A DNA stretch of 64,000 nt. Origin: a virus. Its lineage: Duplodnaviria; Caudoviricetes. Made by a program: the position numbers and the translations under genes. The stretch spans positions 1 through 64,000 of the IMG/VR virus record IMGVR_UViG_2840904412_000002. One strand, 5' to 3'. The notes beneath the pieces were generated by a model. It saw only the letters and a program-made list of their open reading frames with translations, made no database searches and was not told the origin of the DNA. Position 1 is the stretch's first letter. Each line of letters opens with the position of its first letter. Positions 50,210 to 60,340 of the stretch are shown one piece after another.

Positions 50210-50464
50210 TTATTTAATATATTTTTTAATAAATTCTGGGTGTTCTTTTCTGTCTGGATACTTAATAATTAATAAACCCATAACACCTAAACTAACAAAA
50301 GGTAATATAGTTACTAAGCCTATAAAACCAACTGTAGTGTTTAGAAAGAAAATAAGTGCATCTACCGTTACATATGTAAGGGCAATAACAAATGATAGAA
50401 CTATAAAAATAAAAAATTTAGTTAACCAATCTCCCCGTTGTACCTTTTTAGACAATTTTTTCAT
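50210..50464 (-). CDS. Membrane protein
   Basis: Two TM segments. Confidence 0.65.
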   Translation of the reverse strand: MKKLSKKVQRGDWLTKFFIFIVLSFVIALTYVTVDALIFFLNTTVGFIGLVTILPFVSLGVMGLLIIKYPDRKEHPEFIKKYIK

Positions 50465-50618
50465 ATAAAAACCCTCCTTGATAATAATATACACCAAGGA
50501 GGTTATAGTTGTCAAGAATTATTTTAATTTTATTACCACTTAAAATCGTCAGCGTAGTTGTGCTAATTATAAAGATAATTTAATTTTTCCTTAAGGAGGA
50601 GAGATGTATAAATAGTTT

Positions 50619-51698
50619 TTAAAACCATCTTTCTTCTTTTGTAAAATCTAAAAAATCTATTAAATCATCTCTATTAAATCCTTGGGTGTTGTAAATACTG
50701 TGAAAAGTGCGGTGGCAAAAATCACATAATGTAATACCATTATTCAATTCAGTTCTTAATTCTGGATATGCCCTATAAGGCATTATATGATGTGCATTTA
50801 GTTTTCCTCCATGTTGCCAACAAGATTGACATGTGTAATTGTCTCTCTCAAACACATTTCTTACCCATTCTTTATAAGAATAATATTTTCTTCTCAATTG
50901 TCTCTCTTCTAAAGAAATGCTATGGTCATACTTTGGGTGTTCAGTTCCTTTCTTGTACTCACACCCGCACTTCCCGCCTTTTCTAAGATAACTAATATAC
51001 CCTTCCGCAATGTTACCACAAGTACATTTAAAAGTAAATTTTAAATCTGCGTTTTTATAACCGCCTATATATTCCATTCCGTAACCTTCTAGCTCTTTGG
51101 AAACTTCTTTTTCTGTTTTTCTTAGTTTATCAGAACCTCTTTGGATAGAGCATTTTTTACAACCGTTACCATTTTTATATGAGGTAAACTCTTTATTATT
51201 AATATGTCCGTTTTTACATTTATAGACAACACATGTTCTTTTATTAAAGTATATTTTTTGTAGCGTATCTGTACTATTTTCAAAAGTTTTTCTTATTTCA
51301 TCTTCAGGTGTTCTAGTTTTTTCATGCATACTTTTCTTACCACATTCAGCACATCTTCTACCTTTTTTAAAATCATCTGGGTAAATAGAATGTCTATTAC
51401 CACATTGACATATAAATCTCCATTTAGATTTAGCTGGTTTATAAGATGTTTCTAAACAAACACAACCATTATCTTCAAATAGTTTTTTAATTTTATTAAA
51501 ATATGCTTTATGTTTAGGGTTTAAACAACCACAGGAAAGGTCTGCTTTGGTTTTTAAATTCCTTGATGTTAGATTGAGTGTATTACCACAGACACATTTA
51601 CATATCCATTTTACATTGCCAGAAGTTGTCCTTTCTCCACTATCTCCCACTATAGCTAAGTTTCCATAGGTGGTTCTAGTTAAATCATTTATTTTCAT
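50619..51698 (-). CDS. Free-standing HNH endonuclease with Zn-ribbon repeats
   Basis: VFERDNYTCQSC..LNAHHI...NGITLCDFCHRTFH; repeated CxCG units. Confidence 0.85.
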   Translation of the reverse strand: MKINDLTRTTYGNLAIVGDSGERTTSGNVKWICKCVCGNTLNLTSRNLKTKADLSCGCLNPKHKAYFNKIKKLFEDNGCVCLETSYKPAKSKWRFICQCGNRHSIYPDDFKKGRRCAECGKKSMHEKTRTPEDEIRKTFENSTDTLQKIYFNKRTCVVYKCKNGHINNKEFTSYKNGNGCKKCSIQRGSDKLRKTEKEVSKELEGYGMEYIGGYKNADLKFTFKCTCGNIAEGYISYLRKGGKCGCEYKKGTEHPKYDHSISLEERQLRRKYYSYKEWVRNVFERDNYTCQSCWQHGGKLNAHHIMPYRAYPELRTELNNGITLCDFCHRTFHSIYNTQGFNRDDLIDFLDFTKEERWF

Positions 51699-51714
51699 AA
51701 AATACCACTTCTTT

Positions 51715-52452
51715 TTAAAATTTTAATGAGTCACTTACTCTGCTAATAATTCCCCTAAAATTATGTGTGAATTCATGATGTTTAGCAAAATCTTGTTTTT
51801 TAAATAATTCTATATAGGGTTCAAATCCAGATTTACTTCTTTTAATATCAGATTGCTCTGGCTGACCTTCTATAATAACAGTACATGTATCATGCATGCG
51901 TGTTAACGTTTTCTTAAGTTCTCCTCGAGTAAAATTCTGTGTTTCAGAAATTATAACAGTTTTCCCTTGTATATTACTACCTCTAAGGAATGTGTGTAAT
52001 GTTTGTGTAACAAAGGCTTGTTCTATTTTCTCTTTATCTATGTTGGGGTCTAATTCTAATAATGTTTTAATTACTTGCATAGGGTTTAAATTTAATTCAA
52101 TAAGGGCATCATGCAATGGAGAGAAATAATCCATAGCCTTTGTATTTAGGTCACCAGGGCGATGACCTACCGAGTTTTCCTCCGCAGGACTCATAATAAA
52201 CATAATCTCTTTACCCTTATTTAAGTAGTCTGCATAGGCACACACAATACTTGTATAAGTTTTAGCGCTACCACTTCTTGATGAGTTTGTTAAGACTAGG
52301 ACATCATCATTGAAAAAATCTTCACAGAAATTTAATTGTTCATATGTGGCTTTTTCCAAAAAATCGTGGAACACGCTATGTTGTAACATGTTATACTTTA
52401 CGTTGGGATAATCTCTTAACTTATATTCTAACTCTTTAGTCGTTTTTGCCAT
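51715..52452 (-). CDS. phoH: PhoH-like protein
   Basis: P-loop SGSAKT, GHRPG, FLRGSN, ETQN, TRM, GQPEQSD. Confidence 0.88.
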   Translation of the reverse strand: MAKTTKELEYKLRDYPNVKYNMLQHSVFHDFLEKATYEQLNFCEDFFNDDVLVLTNSSRSGSAKTYTSIVCAYADYLNKGKEIMFIMSPAEENSVGHRPGDLNTKAMDYFSPLHDALIELNLNPMQVIKTLLELDPNIDKEKIEQAFVTQTLHTFLRGSNIQGKTVIISETQNFTRGELKKTLTRMHDTCTVIIEGQPEQSDIKRSKSGFEPYIELFKKQDFAKHHEFTHNFRGIISRVSDSLKF

Positions 52453-52580
52453 AGATACACTTACCAACTTTCACAGATTTTATAGTATTTCACCTATTAA
52501 TATAATATTTACTTTAGTATACCATATATCAAGTATTAGTGCAACAAAAAAACTACCTAAATTAATAGGTAGTTAGTATA

Positions 52581-53240
52581 TTACATCCCCCAAGCACTTA
52601 ATCCTTGAGCTTGATAGGCTCTTACAGCACTATCAATTTGTCCTTGTACGGTTGAAGTATCTCCCCAACCTGGCATTGTTTGGAATAATCCACTAGCACC
52701 ACTTGGATTTTGAGCATTTACTTGTCCGTTAGATTCTAGAGCAATGATATGTTCCCAAGTAGATGCGGGTACTCCTGTTCTAGCTTCCATTTCTTTTGAA
52801 GCAGATAAACCAGTTGCACCTGCTGTATTTCCGTTACTTAGTTTTACTGTACCTGCTTGAGTAACGTTATCTTGGGACGTGTGTGCGGTAATTAGTTGTG
52901 TATTATTTTCATTAGTATACTCTACATTATTAGTTGTGTTATCTTGTTCTAAAGATGCTAATTGAGAACTTGTATTATTTACTTGACCCTCTGTTCCGTA
53001 ATGGTAATCATAACCAAAATACCCGTTATAACTATAGAAATGATAAGTAAACCCATCTAATACAAACGAGAAGTCATAGTTACCTTCTTGAATAGGTGTA
53101 GTTACTAAGTCCTCGGAATTAGTTTGAGCCTTATTTGCTAGGGTTACATAATCAATTTCATCAGCACTAGCTTTATCAGAGATACCTCCAAACGTTAAAG
53201 TTGCTCCTAAAACTAATGATGCTAAAATTGTTTTCTTCAA
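52581..53240 (-). CDS. IsaA-like secreted lytic transglycosylase
   Basis: Signal peptide, WEHIIALESNG, ASGLFQTMPGWG, QGLSAWG. Confidence 0.85.
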   Translation of the reverse strand: MKKTILASLVLGATLTFGGISDKASADEIDYVTLANKAQTNSEDLVTTPIQEGNYDFSFVLDGFTYHFYSYNGYFGYDYHYGTEGQVNNTSSQLASLEQDNTTNNVEYTNENNTQLITAHTSQDNVTQAGTVKLSNGNTAGATGLSASKEMEARTGVPASTWEHIIALESNGQVNAQNPSGASGLFQTMPGWGDTSTVQGQIDSAVRAYQAQGLSAWGM

Positions 53241-53349
53241 AATTAAAACTCCTTTATTTTTAGTTACATATATAGTAACATTTTTTTATTTCACAAGAAT
53301 AATGTAGCATACTTTAGTTACAAACTAATTACTTAATTATTACATATTA

Positions 53350-53886
53350 TTACACTAAACTATCTTTAGCTAGAATACTAATAGTATCATGGATAAAATC
53401 AACTTCCATATGTTCTTTAAACCCTCTAGATATACCTGTATAAATAACTTTATCTACTTTTGTGTAGTCATTATCTAAGACATATCTAACATGATTAATA
53501 AAACTATCCAAAGGTAATCTTACTGTACCATCTTTCATAAATACAATAAGGTCACCCATAGGTAAATTCTCTGTTAGTAGATTTAGTTTTACCATATCTT
53601 TAATAGAGAATTCTACTCCATCTAGCTCACTAATGCTAGATACATGTCGTAAGTTATATGTTTTATTGTTGTTTGAGACATTTTTAGTAAAAAACCCAAC
53701 AGCACCTTTTTCTTCATAGTAAACTGCCATATAGTTGCCACAATTAGATTCTAGGTATACATCTAATTCTTCTGGTTTATAATCGGAAGTAACACTTAAT
53801 TTTTCACTTTCGTTCTTTAAATATTCTGAAATTTGTTTTACATTAATAGTAATAACTTCTTTTGTATCATAAATATAAGGTTTCAT
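53350..53886 (-). CDS. Hypothetical protein
   Basis: ORF. Confidence 0.7.
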   Translation of the reverse strand: MKPYIYDTKEVITINVKQISEYLKNESEKLSVTSDYKPEELDVYLESNCGNYMAVYYEEKGAVGFFTKNVSNNNKTYNLRHVSSISELDGVEFSIKDMVKLNLLTENLPMGDLIVFMKDGTVRLPLDSFINHVRYVLDNDYTKVDKVIYTGISRGFKEHMEVDFIHDTISILAKDSLV

Positions 53887-53891
53887 AACAA

Positions 53892-54317
53892 TCATCCTTT
53901 TCCTATTGATTTTTTAGCAAGCTCATCAGCTAAATCATTAAATTTATCATTACTATGAGCTTTAACTTTTTTAAATTCTATTTGAGTATATTTAGAGTAT
54001 TCTCTTATTCTTTCTACATATAATTGACTTAACCAATTCCTAGCAACCCAAGAACCTTCATACCAGTTAATGAGTCCTATATAGTCTATATGGATAATAG
54101 AAATTTTATACCCTAATTGTATAGCCTCTTCTATTGCATAACATACAGCTAAAATTTCTCCTGCTACATTATTAAACTTTGCTAGTTTTTCATTAGATAC
54201 ATTGTTAGAAATTGTGTGTATGATTTTATTATCATCTATTAACACTGCTCCACAACCTACCTGTTTTTTCTTATAATCACTACTGCCATCGGTGTATATT
54301 AGTACAGTATTGCTCAT
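53892..54317 (-). CDS. rnhA: Ribonuclease HI
   Basis: IYTDGS, NVAGEI, HIDY, KVKAHS..NDLADELAK. Confidence 0.92.
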   Translation of the reverse strand: MSNTVLIYTDGSSDYKKKQVGCGAVLIDDNKIIHTISNNVSNEKLAKFNNVAGEILAVCYAIEEAIQLGYKISIIHIDYIGLINWYEGSWVARNWLSQLYVERIREYSKYTQIEFKKVKAHSNDKFNDLADELAKKSIGKG

Positions 54318-54319
54318 AT

Positions 54320-54499
54320 CTACTTACCTTTACCTGGGAAGTAAGGATATGTACATGCACAGTAGACATTTTCTATAAACTTAACGACAGCTTTGTTAAA
54401 GTCAAAACACTTATAGCAAAATTCAAGAGCTTCATCTTCACTATCAGCCACAACTTTTACAATAAAATCATCTAACTTAATTTCAAATAGATTTTTCAT
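54320..54499 (-). CDS. Small hypothetical protein (59 aa, not in ORF track)
   Basis: MKNLFEIKLDDFIVKVVADSEDEA...; fills operon gap. Confidence 0.6.
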   Translation of the reverse strand: MKNLFEIKLDDFIVKVVADSEDEALEFCYKCFDFNKAVVKFIENVYCACTYPYFPGKGK

Positions 54500-54510
54500 T
54501 AAATAACCCC

Positions 54511-55083
54511 TTATCTTAGAATAAATTTAATAACTTCTAATGGTGTTTCTAGTGTTTCTAATATAGTATAATCTGTATTCTCTAACGTCTCTATAAACTC
54601 CTCGATGTTTATATCTACTTCTTGTAAATATTTTATAATTTCTTCATCTTCTTTGTGTGTTGTATTCATAAAGTTTCCATATGATAAATCAAAAAGATTA
54701 GCTAAATTAACTAAATTAAATGCAATTTTAACATTATCTAAGTCATCTAAATGTGGGTTGCTTTCTATAAAGTTATATAAGCAGTCCTTAGCTTTTTCCG
54801 ATAGCATTAAGTCTAATAACTCACTTTTTTCATCTCTAGTTGTCTTTTTACGAGTTAAAAACACCTCGTCAAATTCCACTAACCCATTTTTATTTGTATT
54901 TAGTAACTTATCTAAAGCACCAAACATGACAATCCTGTCATCAATATCATCTAATTTATTAATAATAGAAAGTATGTCAAAGAAGTTATCTTCTCCTAGT
55001 ACTTTATAAATATCTTGTAGTTCAAAGGTATCAATTAGTTCTAATAGTTCTTCTAAATCACTTGGTGATAAATATTTACTCAT
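54511..55083 (-). CDS. Acidic hypothetical protein
   Basis: ORF. Confidence 0.7.
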   Translation of the reverse strand: MSKYLSPSDLEELLELIDTFELQDIYKVLGEDNFFDILSIINKLDDIDDRIVMFGALDKLLNTNKNGLVEFDEVFLTRKKTTRDEKSELLDLMLSEKAKDCLYNFIESNPHLDDLDNVKIAFNLVNLANLFDLSYGNFMNTTHKEDEEIIKYLQEVDINIEEFIETLENTDYTILETLETPLEVIKFILR

Positions 55084-55273
55084 TATCATCAACCTCAAAT
55101 AAAATGTGACTTGGTGTTTCTAATATTTTTTCAAGATTAATTTTATTACCACTTCTAGGGGTTTTAATACCTTGCTCCCAATAACTAATAGTAGAATAAT
55201 TTACTCCTAATTCTTTAGCAAGACTTCTTAAAGTATATCCTTTTTCAATTCTGATTCTTTGTAATTTTAACAT
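55076..55273 (-). CDS. XRE-family HTH regulator
   Basis: LRSLAKELGVNYSTISYWEQG..TP. Confidence 0.9.
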   Translation of the reverse strand: MLKLQRIRIEKGYTLRSLAKELGVNYSTISYWEQGIKTPRSGNKINLEKILETPSHILFEVDDNE

Positions 55274-55339
55274 TACTATAGCCTTCCTTTCTTTCTTAGT
55301 ATAATTATAGTATACCGTATTATATGTTCAATGTCAACA

Positions 55340-55564
55340 TTATTCTTCTCTTATGTTTACAAATTTGATGTTATCCTTATAGGCAATTTTAGACATAACT
55401 AAATCATCGGCTTTATATTTAGCCTTAACTGTGTTACTTTCAATTACCCTAATAACTAAATCTTCTTCTCTACCTGATTGTGTAGTGTATTTATATGTGA
55501 CTTTATATACAGAATTAATATTACCTAGTATCTTTTTATTGAACCACTTTTTAAATTTATTCAT
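55340..55564 (-). CDS. Hypothetical protein
   Basis: ORF with promoter. Confidence 0.65.
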   Translation of the reverse strand: MNKFKKWFNKKILGNINSVYKVTYKYTTQSGREEDLVIRVIESNTVKAKYKADDLVMSKIAYKDNIKFVNIREE

Positions 55565-55635
55565 AGTTACCATTTCCTTTCTAAAAATAAGTATAACATA
55601 AAAAATAAGAGAGTGTCAAGCACTCTCTTAAATAG

Positions 55636-56734
55636 TTATTTCCATCTAACTCTACCCCAATATTTTTCTTTAACGATACGCTCTTTTTTATCTGTAATTT
55701 TACAGATAGCCATATAGAAGTATCCTGCACTAGGGTTAGTAGGGTATTTTAGCTTAATCCACCAATAGCCATCTTTCTTAGTGACGCTATAAAATGGTAC
55801 CCACTGATTAGCATAAATCCAAGAACCACTTTCTACTACTTTACCATCTAAGCCTGGTGAGCGTCTAACTTTAATAGTCCTATCTGCAGTAAAAGTGCCT
55901 CCCATATTCCAAGTAATTTTTGGTTTTGGTTTTTCTGCTTTGAAGTTTGGTCTAATAAAAATCATATTAGGGTCATAAGGATGTACTCGAATAGTAGCGG
56001 GTTCCCAACCTTTACCACCTTGGGCATTACCATATGTCCATCCCCCACCTAACCAATTGTTTTCAATCACAACAATTTGGTTAAGGGTAGCACTTAACAC
56101 CCATGCTACATGACCATGCCCATTACCATAAGCTCCTGGAAATAATACCATATCTCCACCTTTAGCTAAGAAGCTAGGTGTGTTTTTATATATTTTTGCT
56201 TTATCCTTAAGTAAACTAGCGTTATCACTAGCAATATTTTTTGCACTTGCTCCTTGTAAAGAGTATCCAGGGAATAATTTATTAAAACCATAGTTTGCTA
56301 AATCATAACATTGCATTATGTTGCGTTATTGCCTTTCCATTAGAATATTTCTACTCTAATTTGTATAACATAACTCTTACACTTTCATGTAAAGTTCAGA
56401 CTATATCTTTACTCGATTATTTAAAAGTCAAGCACTCACCACTGTCTATCAATTGATAGCACTTAGTCGTTGAACCTTTCTCTACTGTTACCATAGAGAC
56501 TTGGATGCGGATTTCCCAATCTTTATCTTTTTTACTATACCAAACACATTACTGTCTGCCCCTAACTATGTCACCATGCTAGGTTAGTAGATAAAGCTCT
56601 GAGGGGGTTCCCGTCAATTCAATGAGTTAGGATACCATTTATTAATATCCGTACCAACCATCGTAATCAATATATTTCCCTGCGGTACCTCTTAAAAAGG
56701 AGACAAATTGACTTCGTGTCATCTTTGCTAACAT
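55636..56734 (-). CDS. CHAP + SH3b endolysin, spliced (exon1 56734-56645, exon2 56313-55636)
   Basis: Joined read ..IDYDGWYGY|QCYDLAN (catalytic Cys), GHVAWV, IENNW; SH3b C-terminus; RBS GGAGG before 56734. Confidence 0.88.
56314..56644 (-). ncRNA. Group I intron (331 nt, no ORF) in CHAP endolysin
   Basis: P1 GGAUAU/GUAUCC with U.G at splice site; P AATTGACGGGAA, Q AATCCGCATC, R TTCAACGACTAA, S AAGATATAGTCT; terminal G. Confidence 0.9.
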
Positions 56735-56747
56735 TTAATCAATCCTC

Positions 56748-57653
56748 CTAATTCCACTTAATTTGACCCCAATATTTTTCTTTAATAATACGCTCTTTTT
56801 TATCTGTAATTTTACATACTGCACAATAGTAATAGTCTTTACTAGAGCCTGGTTGTTGATACTTAAATCTAACCCACCAAAATCCATCCTTCTTAATAAC
56901 TTTATCAAACGGTACCCAGTCATTTTTTGTATATAACCATGAATTTTTATCAACAATTGCACCTTTTAATCCTGGTGATTTACGTACTTTAATAGTTGTG
57001 TTAGGGTAGAAAGTACCACTTAAATTCCAAGCTGTTTTAGGGTCTGTATGTTTTACCTTTGGAGTTACTGAACCAGACTTAACTGATTTACTACCTTTAA
57101 TATATTTTGCTACAATTTTATCTAAGTTACTTGTATCCCTACCATATCCTGCTTGTTGTAATAAATTTCCTGGGTCTTGCTTATCTGATTGAATATCTTG
57201 ATGTCCTGGCATTCTTGTTTTGTAATCTATTTTCCAGTAATCACAAAGATATGCTAATACACGAGCAAAGTTATCTAATGATTTTTTAGTTCTTTCTTTA
57301 TCTGAAAAGTAACAACCTTCTACACCAATCGCAGCATCGTTAGCATCTAAATTATACCATAAATTATCAGTAGGTGCGTTATACATTACGTGGTAGGCAA
57401 TCTCAGTCGTAGGTATACAAATAATTGCCTCTTTATCATCAACAAATATATGAGCACTTGCTACATAATCCCAACCGATGTTGTATGTATTTCTATAGTA
57501 ATCTACATTGTTTTGTGCAGTAGAGTTTAAATTTCCTGTATCATGTGCAACAATAAATTTAGGGACGCCAGTAGTCATATTTTTACCTGGTCGTCTAGTT
57601 GCAACTGGTAATAGTTGGAACTTTACTGTTACACCATTCCAATTTTCAGCCAT
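56748..57653 (-). CDS. N-acetylmuramoyl-L-alanine amidase (Amidase_2) + SH3b endolysin
   Basis: IVAHDTGN, SAHIFVD, AIGVE, GHQD..DPG; SH3b. Confidence 0.9.
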   Translation of the reverse strand: MAENWNGVTVKFQLLPVATRRPGKNMTTGVPKFIVAHDTGNLNSTAQNNVDYYRNTYNIGWDYVASAHIFVDDKEAIICIPTTEIAYHVMYNAPTDNLWYNLDANDAAIGVEGCYFSDKERTKKSLDNFARVLAYLCDYWKIDYKTRMPGHQDIQSDKQDPGNLLQQAGYGRDTSNLDKIVAKYIKGSKSVKSGSVTPKVKHTDPKTAWNLSGTFYPNTTIKVRKSPGLKGAIVDKNSWLYTKNDWVPFDKVIKKDGFWWVRFKYQQPGSSKDYYYCAVCKITDKKERIIKEKYWGQIKWN

Positions 57654-57664
57654 TTATCTTCCTC

Positions 57665-58159
57665 CTAGCCTTTTGGTGAGCTTGTTTTATGTTCATCTGG
57701 GACATCATCAATAGGTGTTTCAGAATCTAGTTTTTCCATAGGTTCTGCAATTGCTAAAATATCTTCATGTTCTAATTCACCAACTACATCTGGAGCCATA
57801 GGATGACTACCTCCGTCTACAATACTATTAACTTTATTATTCTCCCAAGTTAATGATTGTTCTGGGTCTTTAGAATCACGTGGTTCATGGTAATCTGTTT
57901 GAACAATAATACTATCTTTAATACCTTTAGTATTGTTATCTACTAAAATACCTAAACCTGCAAGCAATGTTAATATAGAGCCAATAATATTAACACCTTG
58001 CTCTACTTGACTAGAATAATCTAAGCCAAAAGCACCTGTTAATTGATTGATAAATACTGCTAAGGCAGATACACTAGCTACCCAAAACGTTTTACTTTTA
58101 AAACGGGTACTTAAGTTAATACCACCAACAACTGTAGGTGTCTTATCTTTTTTAGTCAA
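57665..58159 (-). CDS. Holin (phi LC3-like)
   Basis: GINLSTRFKSKTFW, two TM segments, VDNNTKGIKDS; late promoter at 58200-58209. Confidence 0.88.
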   Translation of the reverse strand: MTKKDKTPTVVGGINLSTRFKSKTFWVASVSALAVFINQLTGAFGLDYSSQVEQGVNIIGSILTLLAGLGILVDNNTKGIKDSIIVQTDYHEPRDSKDPEQSLTWENNKVNSIVDGGSHPMAPDVVGELEHEDILAIAEPMEKLDSETPIDDVPDEHKTSSPKG

Positions 58160-58233
58160 AATAAAAAACGCCCTTTCTTGTTATATTTTTTTACATTACT
58201 AATATAACAAGATTAGACGTTTAAGGTATATTT

Positions 58234-58413
58234 TTATAGTTCTTTTAATGTACTAATAACTTGAGACATTTGTTTATTATCTAGGTCCTCTAGATTTGTC
58301 TCTGGTAATAATTCTAACTTTTCCCAAAGTTCATTTTTATTATTAATTTTATCTTCTAGCAATGCTTTACCTACTAAACTTTGAGTAAAATAAATTTGTT
58401 TTTGACTAGCCAT
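58234..58413 (-). CDS. Conserved small hypothetical protein
   Basis: MASQKQIYF... Confidence 0.7.
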   Translation of the reverse strand: MASQKQIYFTQSLVGKALLEDKINNKNELWEKLELLPETNLEDLDNKQMSQVISTLKEL

Positions 58414-58532
58414 AATAATCATTTCCTTTTATTAAAATCTAGCCATTGTGTACTGAAAATCAGGAGAGTAATTGAAAGAAAGGAGAAATGTATGAAAACC
58501 AATTCCACAATGGCTATAATATTGTATATTAC

Positions 58533-59072
58533 TACAATTAAATATCATAACATAGCCGTTCTCACACGGAACTATGTATAAAGAAATATTGTTAGGTTAC
58601 CTAGTTCTAGTAAGTTCTATACGGGAGCGACCTCGTAGTCCACTTATAGAAGCATAAGCAGTATAGGGATAGGGTCTATTACCTACCAACTTTCACACGG
58701 TATGAAGAATTATTGTAAAGTATGCAAGTATTTGTTAGCGTTATTACTTTTCTTTTATTGTAGATTTGTGCTACTTGTACTGGTATCATTCATTATCAAA
58801 CATGTTTCCATGCTCCAACTACAAAAGTGCTTTATTAGTGTAATTATATAGGAGACCACCAAGTTCCTATATAATGATTGCACCTGACAGATACCATACC
58901 TTATATCCCTTTATACATAGAGCTGAACAATCCACCTCGTATTCAATAATACTCAAAGGGTATTTCCTAAGTTCTCACGTAGGTTTAACACCCTGTGACA
59001 TTTTCACACCTTACAGCCACCACACTGTTAAATTTCAGTCACTATGTTATGATATTTAATTGTATTAAGTTG
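58533..59072 (-). ncRNA. Large (~530 nt) structured ncRNA, ROOL-like
   Basis: TTGACT-17-TATATT promoter (59108-59080); perfect 23-bp terminal inverted repeat 58533-58555/59042-59064; no sense ORF; family assignment from recalled motifs only. Confidence 0.6.
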
Positions 59073-59231
59073 TAAATATAATATAACACACTTTTAAAAT
59101 TCAGTCAAGTAAATTTAAAAACTTTTTATAGTTTTTTTATACTAGGGTAAAAAAGTAGTAAAAAGACCTAGTTGTGTAAGGGGTCATTTATTTATATATA
59201 AAGTATAGCATAAATAAAAAACCGTGTCAAG

Positions 59232-60053
59232 TTAATTTAGTAAATTTTTTGAATTTATTAATTTTTGTTTTTCTAGTTCTAGATTTGATAGTTGTTTATT
59301 TAATACAATTTTAAAATTAGTATTGTCAGTTTCTTCTACGCAGTAAGAGTACTTGCCTGCCATTTCAAATACAATCCTAGAACTTTCTTCTAGTAATGTT
59401 TTATCTTGAGATACTAATCTAGTAAGACCAAATTTATTGGACTCTGTTTTACTAATACCATTCTTTAACATTCTTTTTCTAGTTCTTGTTATTCTAGATT
59501 CAATGTTGATACCTAGGTTAGAGTTTAAGTTCTTCGATAACTCTGACCAACAGTATGATATTGACTTACCATACATAATACGTTCTTTTTTGCATCTATT
59601 AGTAGCAATACCTCTTATCATAGAAACTAGCTCTTTTCTCCATTCTTCCGTATCTACATTTAGGTTGTAGATTACGTTATTGTTTACTGAGTAAGAACCC
59701 GTTTTTCTGATAGAAGGTAAAACTTCTTTTCTAATCCACCTTTTAAATTCTTTTGCTGATTCTAATTTACTACCAAAAATTAAACTGTATATACCAGGCT
59801 CATTGATAATTGTTTTATTAGAGAAGTCATTGTTACTCCATAAGGCGCTTTTAATAGCTTCCGTTAATTCTACGGAAGCCTTATATGACAAGACTTTCTT
59901 ATCATCTTCCTCTACATGTACACGAACTGCTTGGTCTAAGTCTGTGTACCCTAACACGCATGCTACATCTGTTCCTAATGCATAAAATTCATTATTAATA
60001 TTGAAACTTCTAATTTTTTGTCCTTCATAGTTTAAATTTAATAAATTTTCCAT
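59232..60053 (-). CDS. BRO-N domain (antirepressor-like) protein
   Basis: DVACVLGY..A...HV, INEPGIYSLIFGSKL..AKEFKRWI..EVLPSIRKTGSY. Confidence 0.9.
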   Translation of the reverse strand: MENLLNLNYEGQKIRSFNINNEFYALGTDVACVLGYTDLDQAVRVHVEEDDKKVLSYKASVELTEAIKSALWSNNDFSNKTIINEPGIYSLIFGSKLESAKEFKRWIRKEVLPSIRKTGSYSVNNNVIYNLNVDTEEWRKELVSMIRGIATNRCKKERIMYGKSISYCWSELSKNLNSNLGINIESRITRTRKRMLKNGISKTESNKFGLTRLVSQDKTLLEESSRIVFEMAGKYSYCVEETDNTNFKIVLNKQLSNLELEKQKLINSKNLLN

Positions 60054-60124
60054 AGTTATCATTTCCTTATCATTTATTTTATACTTCTATTCTACTACAA
60101 CATTAAAGTAAAGTCAACACTTTT

Positions 60125-60340
60125 TTACTTACTTTGTAATTCTTCTTGAAGAGAATCCCAATATTTTTCTGCTTGACTTCTATTATCTTCCACATGAGCA
60201 GTGACTTTATTACATTTGACACAATGCATATGTTTAATATGTCCTTCTTCTCTTCTTTTTGCTCTTTTTCTTGGTAATTTAAAACTTGAACCACACTCTT
60301 CACATACTAAATTTGAGATTACATAAACTTGCTTTTTCAT
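60125..60340 (-). CDS. Zn-ribbon protein (bL33-like spacing)
   Basis: CEECG...HIKHMHCVKCNKVTAHVE. Confidence 0.7.
   Translation of the reverse strand: MKKQVYVISNLVCEECGSSFKLPRKRAKRREEGHIKHMHCVKCNKVTAHVEDNRSQAEKYWDSLQEELQSK

Noticed and set aside
50619-51698. HNH as intron-encoded
   Set aside because: Flanking genes are complete and no intron core is visible around it
55636-56316. CHAP lysin starting at ATG 56316 as in the ORF track
   Set aside because: That G is the intron terminal G; the true start with RBS is at 56734
58381-59059. + strand ORFs 58381..58581 and 58874..59059
   Set aside because: Lie antisense to the promoter-driven structured RNA; no convincing start except the short internal ATG noted in findings
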